This document shows, one piece after another, positions 59,817-64,000 of a DNA stretch of 64,000 nt; the stretch's first letter is position 1, and each line of letters opens with the position of its first letter. The DNA is taken from assembly GCA_963765495.1 (NCBI GenBank), contig CAVXWP010000008.1, positions 768,001 through 832,000 of the forward strand. Direction: 5' to 3'. The DNA is from Blastocatellia bacterium. Lineage in GTDB: Bacteria; Acidobacteriota; Blastocatellia; UBA7656. Under the pieces are notes generated by a model. It had not been told where the DNA came from and did not search any database. It saw nothing but the letters and a program-made list of their open reading frames with translations. The position numbers were made by a program, and so were the translations under genes.

Positions 59817-61499
59817 ATGACAATGATGCTCTTGCTGTTTCAGGCCGGGACAACTCAACTCGTGACGATAGATTATGTCGTACTGGGGCTCTATTTCATC
59901 ATAATCTTTGCCATCGGCTACTATTTCGCCCGCAAGGAACGCAACTCGGCCGACTATTTCCTGGCAAGTCGGGATGTCGCCTGGTGGGCAATCGGCGCAT
60001 CGCTGTTCGCCTCAAACATCGGCAGCGAGCACTTCATCGGGCTTGCCGGGACGGGTGCGGCATCCGGGCTTGCTGTAGGCCATTTTGAGTGGCTGGCATC
60101 TTTGATCCTTCTCATCCTCGGCTGGGTATTCATTCCCTTCTATCTCCGCTCAAACGTCTACACGATGCCCGAGTTTCTGGAACGCCGCTACAACCGGGCG
60201 TGCCGCACTTATCTGGCGACTATTTCGATAATCGCATACATCTTTACAAAGATAGCGGTTGCCATCTTTGCAGGGGCGATAGTATTAAAGGCCGTGTTGG
60301 GGTGGAGCATGTGGCAGAGCGCGCTGGCGCTGGTTCTGGCCACTGGCATCTATACGGTCGCCGGAGGACTCGCGGCTGTCATTTACACCGAAGTGATTCA
60401 GACCGTCATATTGATTGCGGGCGCGCTCGGGTTGATGTTTATCGGGCTTGATAAAGTAGGCGGCTGGTCGGGGCTGCATGCATCCGTGCCCGAGGGTTTC
60501 TTTCACATGATGAAGCCCTCGACCGATGCGGAATTCCCCTGGACCGGCATCTTTTTCGGCGCGCCGATACTGGGCATATGGTACTGGTGTACGGATCAGG
60601 TAATCGTTCAGCGAGTGCTTTCGGCAAAAGACGTGGCCAATGCCAAAGGCGGAACCGTGCTTGCCGGATTTTTGAAGATTCTCCCTGTCTTCATGTTGAT
60701 TGTACCCGGAATGATTGCGCGCTCTTTGTACCCGGCAGAGATGCAGGCCGATTCGAACGCGGCATTTCCTACCCTGGTTGTTCGCCTTTTGCCAGCCGGA
60801 TTGACAGGCATTATGGTGGCCGCGATGCTTGCGGCGCTGATGTCGAGCCTCGCATCCGTATTCAATTCCAGTTCCACGATCTTCACTATGGACTTTTATA
60901 AAAAGTTCAGCCCCGACGCCTCCGAACGGCAACTCGTACTCGTAGGCCGTCTGGCCACGGTAATCATGGTAATTCTCGGCCTCCTGTGGATCCCCTTCAT
61001 GGGCCGGATAAGTTCGCAGCTATACGTTTACCTTCAAAGCGTTCAAGCCTACGTCTCGCCGCCGATAGCAGCGGTCTTCCTGCTTGGCGTATTCTGGAAA
61101 CGCATAAACGGAGAGGGGGCTATAACCTCGCTTCTCGTAGGCTTCGTGCTCGGTGCGCTCCGCTTTCTGCTTGAAATCGGCTATGCCGGGGAAAAACCGG
61201 GCGGCTTCGTAGGTTTTTATATCGGCATCAACTTCCTGCATTTTGCGGTATTGATGTTTGTCATCTGCATAATCGTACTTGTTGTGGTTTCGCTGATGAC
61301 GCCCGCGCCATCAGACCGTAAAGTAGCGGGGCTGACCTGGCAGACCGTGAGCGAAAAGATTGACACGGGCGCTGCGGCAGCGCCCGGCGAGGTTGAATTG
61401 CCCACCGAGCCGGGTTCGGAAACGGTCAGGCGGATGGTCACAATCTTTGCCCTTTTGCTGATAGTCACGATGATCTGTCTGTGGATTTACTTCCGCTAA
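59817..61499 (+). CDS. Sodium:solute (SGLT-like sugar) symporter
   Basis: SLFASNIGSEHFIGLAG, TMPEFL, WYWCTDQVIVQR and AALMSSL motifs. Confidence 0.93.
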   Translation: MTMMLLLFQAGTTQLVTIDYVVLGLYFIIIFAIGYYFARKERNSADYFLASRDVAWWAIGASLFASNIGSEHFIGLAGTGAASGLAVGHFEWLASLILLILGWVFIPFYLRSNVYTMPEFLERRYNRACRTYLATISIIAYIFTKIAVAIFAGAIVLKAVLGWSMWQSALALVLATGIYTVAGGLAAVIYTEVIQTVILIAGALGLMFIGLDKVGGWSGLHASVPEGFFHMMKPSTDAEFPWTGIFFGAPILGIWYWCTDQVIVQRVLSAKDVANAKGGTVLAGFLKILPVFMLIVPGMIARSLYPAEMQADSNAAFPTLVVRLLPAGLTGIMVAAMLAALMSSLASVFNSSSTIFTMDFYKKFSPDASERQLVLVGRLATVIMVILGLLWIPFMGRISSQLYVYLQSVQAYVSPPIAAVFLLGVFWKRINGEGAITSLLVGFVLGALRFLLEIGYAGEKPGGFVGFYIGINFLHFAVLMFVICIIVLVVVSLMTPAPSDRKVAGLTWQTVSEKIDTGAAAAPGEVELPTEPGSETVRRMVTIFALLLIVTMICLWIYFR

Positions 61500-61559
61500 G
61501 GCGGGGGGGCCGATGAATGAAGAGAAGATTTCTTGACAGGATTGACTGTATGTTAATCC

Positions 61560-61701
61560 CGGGGCCATTCAGTTTTTGAATTGCGGGCAACATGCGTTAG
61601 GCGTTTTGGCAAGTTAAATTGAATGCAAGGCGAATTGAAATAGGCCGTCCCGGCCTATTCCCCTTTTCCTATGCTACATTTTGGAAAACTGAATGGTCTT
61701 G
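61560..61701. mobile_element. MITE copy 2, 142 bp, imperfect 17-bp TIR, 10-bp target-site duplication
   Basis: CGGGGCCATTCAGTTTT and AAAACTGAATGGTCTTG; ATGTTAATCC duplicated at 61550-61559 and 61702-61711; colinear with copy 1 except for an 81-bp internal deletion. Confidence 0.9.
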
Positions 61702-61743
61702 ATGTTAATCCTGTCAGATGTCTTTCTCGCCCGAAGAATGAGT

Positions 61744-61772
61744 TTGACTTTCCATCCCGCCATCCGTATTAT
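61744..61772 (+). promoter_or_regulatory. Putative sigma70 promoter upstream of the MATE gene
   Basis: TTGACT, 17-bp spacer, TATTAT. Confidence 0.55.
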
Positions 61773-61991
61773 GGTTGCCAATATGAAGAACACAGATTCT
61801 CACAATTTTGTCGCCGCCAAAGCGCGAATTAGCCTGTAGGCGTTCTTAGAATCTCTCTTTAGAGTCTCTCTTTAGAGTTCCCTCTCAAGCGCGCCGCAGT
61901 CTCCGCTTTCGAGCGCATCCCGCATATTTGCGGTGTGCTTCCCATCCAGTTCAAAAATCCGTTACATAGCGGTCTAATGAGGATTTTAGTA

Positions 61992-63437
61992 ATGAGTAAA
62001 CCTCTTGAAATTAACTCCGATCTGGAGAAACAAGGTTGGGCGAGGAGCCATTTTGCAGGCCTGTGGCGAGACCTGCGCGAGGCCGTGCGGGGCTCACAAC
62101 AGGATTTCACCGAAGGCAGTATCGGGCGGGCGATCACGCTGCTGGCCATCCCCATGGTCCTTGAAATGTCTATGGAATCGCTTTTCGGCGTCGTCGATGT
62201 ATTCTTCGTCGCAAGGCTCGGCGCTGACGCTATCGCAACAGTAGGTCTGACCGAGTCTCTTGTCACACTGGTTTTCGGCGTGGCCCTGGGGTTGAGCATG
62301 GCCACTACTGCAATGGTCGCTCGACGCATAGGCGAAAAGAACCCCGAAGCCGCTTCGATTGCAGCATTTCAGGCAATAGTGGCTGGCATCGCCATTTCAG
62401 TGCCTATTGGAATTGTAGGATTCAGCTACACACCCGCGCTGTTTAAATTGATGGGAGCCGGTCCGGGCATAATCGAGACCGGCACTGGCTACGGCATGGT
62501 CATGATCGGCACCAACGTAGTGATTATGCTGCTGTTTTTGATAAACGGGATATTTCGCGGAGCCGGAGACGCAGCGATTGCAATGCGTGTATTGTGGCTG
62601 TCGAACCTGCTTAATCTAGTGCTTGACCCCTGCTTGATCTTTGGATTCGGCCCGTTCCCGAAAATGGGCGTGACGGGCGCGGCCGTGGCTACGAGCATAG
62701 GGCGCGGCGCGGGTGTTATTTACGCGCTGTCTGTATTGTTGAGCGGGCGCGGGCGAGTAAATATTGGTCGCGCGCAATTGAGGCTGAACTTTAAGGTGAT
62801 GGGACAGTTGCTGCGCGTCTCGCTTGGCGGGATGTTTCAGTTCCTGGTCGCAACGGCAAGCTGGCTCGGGCTTGTTCGCATAGTCGCCGTCTTTGGTGGC
62901 GCGGCTCTTGCCGGGTACACGATAGCCCTGCGAATGATCGTCTTCGCCATTCTCCCCTCGTGGGGAATGAGCAACGCGGCGGCAACACTCGTAGGCCAGA
63001 ACCTCGGCGCGGGCAAACCGGCGCGGGCCGAACGTTCGGTGTGGCTGACCGGATTGAGCAATATGATCTTTCTGGGCGGCGTAACGATTGTCTTTATCGT
63101 TTTTGCTGACCCGCTGGTCCGCCTCTTCACCGATGACCCAGAGGTTCTGCCCTACGGTGTGGCATGCCTGCGCTTCATCAGCTACGGCTATATCTTTTAC
63201 GCATACGGGATGGTGATGGTGCAGGCGTTTAACGGAGCGGGCGATACGATGACTCCCACTTTTATCAATCTGGGCTGTTACTGGCTGTTTCAGATTCCCC
63301 TCGCCTACTGGCTCGCGCTGCAAACGGATATGGGAGCAAGAGGAGTCTTTCTGGCTATAACGATTTCCGAATCGTTGTTGGCCGTCGTATCGGTTATGAT
63401 CTTTCGTCGAGGCCGGTGGAAGGAGCAAAGGATATAG
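61992..63437 (+). CDS. MATE family efflux transporter
   Basis: LAIPM.LE, RGAGD, N..LDP.LIFG, GAAVAT and LVGQNLGA motifs. Start codon uncertain. Confidence 0.92.
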   Translation: MSKPLEINSDLEKQGWARSHFAGLWRDLREAVRGSQQDFTEGSIGRAITLLAIPMVLEMSMESLFGVVDVFFVARLGADAIATVGLTESLVTLVFGVALGLSMATTAMVARRIGEKNPEAASIAAFQAIVAGIAISVPIGIVGFSYTPALFKLMGAGPGIIETGTGYGMVMIGTNVVIMLLFLINGIFRGAGDAAIAMRVLWLSNLLNLVLDPCLIFGFGPFPKMGVTGAAVATSIGRGAGVIYALSVLLSGRGRVNIGRAQLRLNFKVMGQLLRVSLGGMFQFLVATASWLGLVRIVAVFGGAALAGYTIALRMIVFAILPSWGMSNAAATLVGQNLGAGKPARAERSVWLTGLSNMIFLGGVTIVFIVFADPLVRLFTDDPEVLPYGVACLRFISYGYIFYAYGMVMVQAFNGAGDTMTPTFINLGCYWLFQIPLAYWLALQTDMGARGVFLAITISESLLAVVSVMIFRRGRWKEQRI

Positions 63438-63463
63438 GAAGCCTTTGAGTTGATTCAAAAAAT

Positions 63464-63526
63464 CTTTGACAGGATTAACAAGATTTTCGAAGGATGGTTG
63501 GGAACATCCTGTTGATCCTGTCAAAG
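63464..63526. repeat. Inverted repeat of the TGACAGGATT family; possible terminator
   Basis: CTTTGACAGGATTAACAAGAT and ATCCTGTTGATCCTGTCAAAG. Confidence 0.8.
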
Positions 63527-63557
63527 TAATCTTTATTTCCGACGCGCACCGCTGATC

Positions 63558-64000
63558 ATGTTAATCACCTGCATAAAACCAAACCTCTCCCGGAACCAGG
63601 CAAATGAAAAATTTAAGAAGCCTGCCCGGCAATTGAGGCGCGGGGGATTATCGGTTTCACTCGAGTTTTATATTCCGTACCGCCTCTTTCAAGTTACGAT
63701 CAAAAACGGGGGCCATAGCGCCAACAGGTTTGTAGCTATAGATTCCGTGACCGGACAACTCGATCTTTACGGTTTCGATTGTCCCCCGGCTCAGGCTGAT
63801 CGCCAGACGATTGAGAGCGAACAGGTTCTACCAGCCAGGATAAACGAAGAAACCGCTTTTGAAATCGTGGAAGAAAAGATGAAGCGTGAAATGTATCTGA
63901 AGGGCTTCTTCAAGATAAAGGGGCTCGAAGTGACGGGCCGCTTCCTCGAAACATTTTATCTGCCTTACTATGTAGGACTGTACAAACGCAATGAACGGGT
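63558..64000 (+). CDS. Hypothetical protein (partial, runs off the window)
   Basis: Open frame MLITCIKPNL...FYIPY...FYLPYYVG to the window end; not in the ORF track because no stop is included. Confidence 0.65.
   Translation, partial: MLITCIKPNLSRNQANEKFKKPARQLRRGGLSVSLEFYIPYRLFQVTIKNGGHSANRFVAIDSVTGQLDLYGFDCPPAQADRQTIESEQVLPARINEETAFEIVEEKMKREMYLKGFFKIKGLEVTGRFLETFYLPYYVGLYKRNER

Overview
A 64 kb bacterial chromosomal segment. Gene content (Oar-type TonB-dependent receptor, TonB-TPR fusion, carboxypeptidase-regulatory-domain proteins, ihf-merR-tRNA-Pro-surE-pcm synteny) suggests Acidobacteriota; this is inference, not proven. Most of it is housekeeping or metabolic: aspartokinase C-terminus, ppx/gppA, ihfA, tRNA-Pro(GGG), surE, pcm, truA, pdxS/pdxT, msrA, folA/thyA/pdxH/ybaK and tex. 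No CRISPR array, prophage, integrase or transposase was seen. Three things stand out. (1) A 12.8 kb chemosensory operon (27766-40524, minus strand) has the Myxococcus Che7-like order cheY-cheA-cheW-mcp-HEAT-cheR-cheB. Its HEAT protein is fused to a PAS domain that is paralogous to the PAS domain of the terminal hybrid kinase, its receptor is a sensor-less ~700 aa symmetric hairpin, and it ends in a REC-CheC-kinase module. (2) A non-autonomous MITE with 17-bp TIRs and 10-bp target duplications (18703-18925, 61560-61701) has twice inserted into the 3' arm of unrelated intergenic hairpins. Fragments of it, heptamer inverted arrays and a multi-hairpin element fill many intergenic regions. (3) A likely beta-1,2-glucan utilisation locus (TBDR-GH3-GH144 plus a divergent SSS transporter) whose GH144 gene carries a single-base frameshift.
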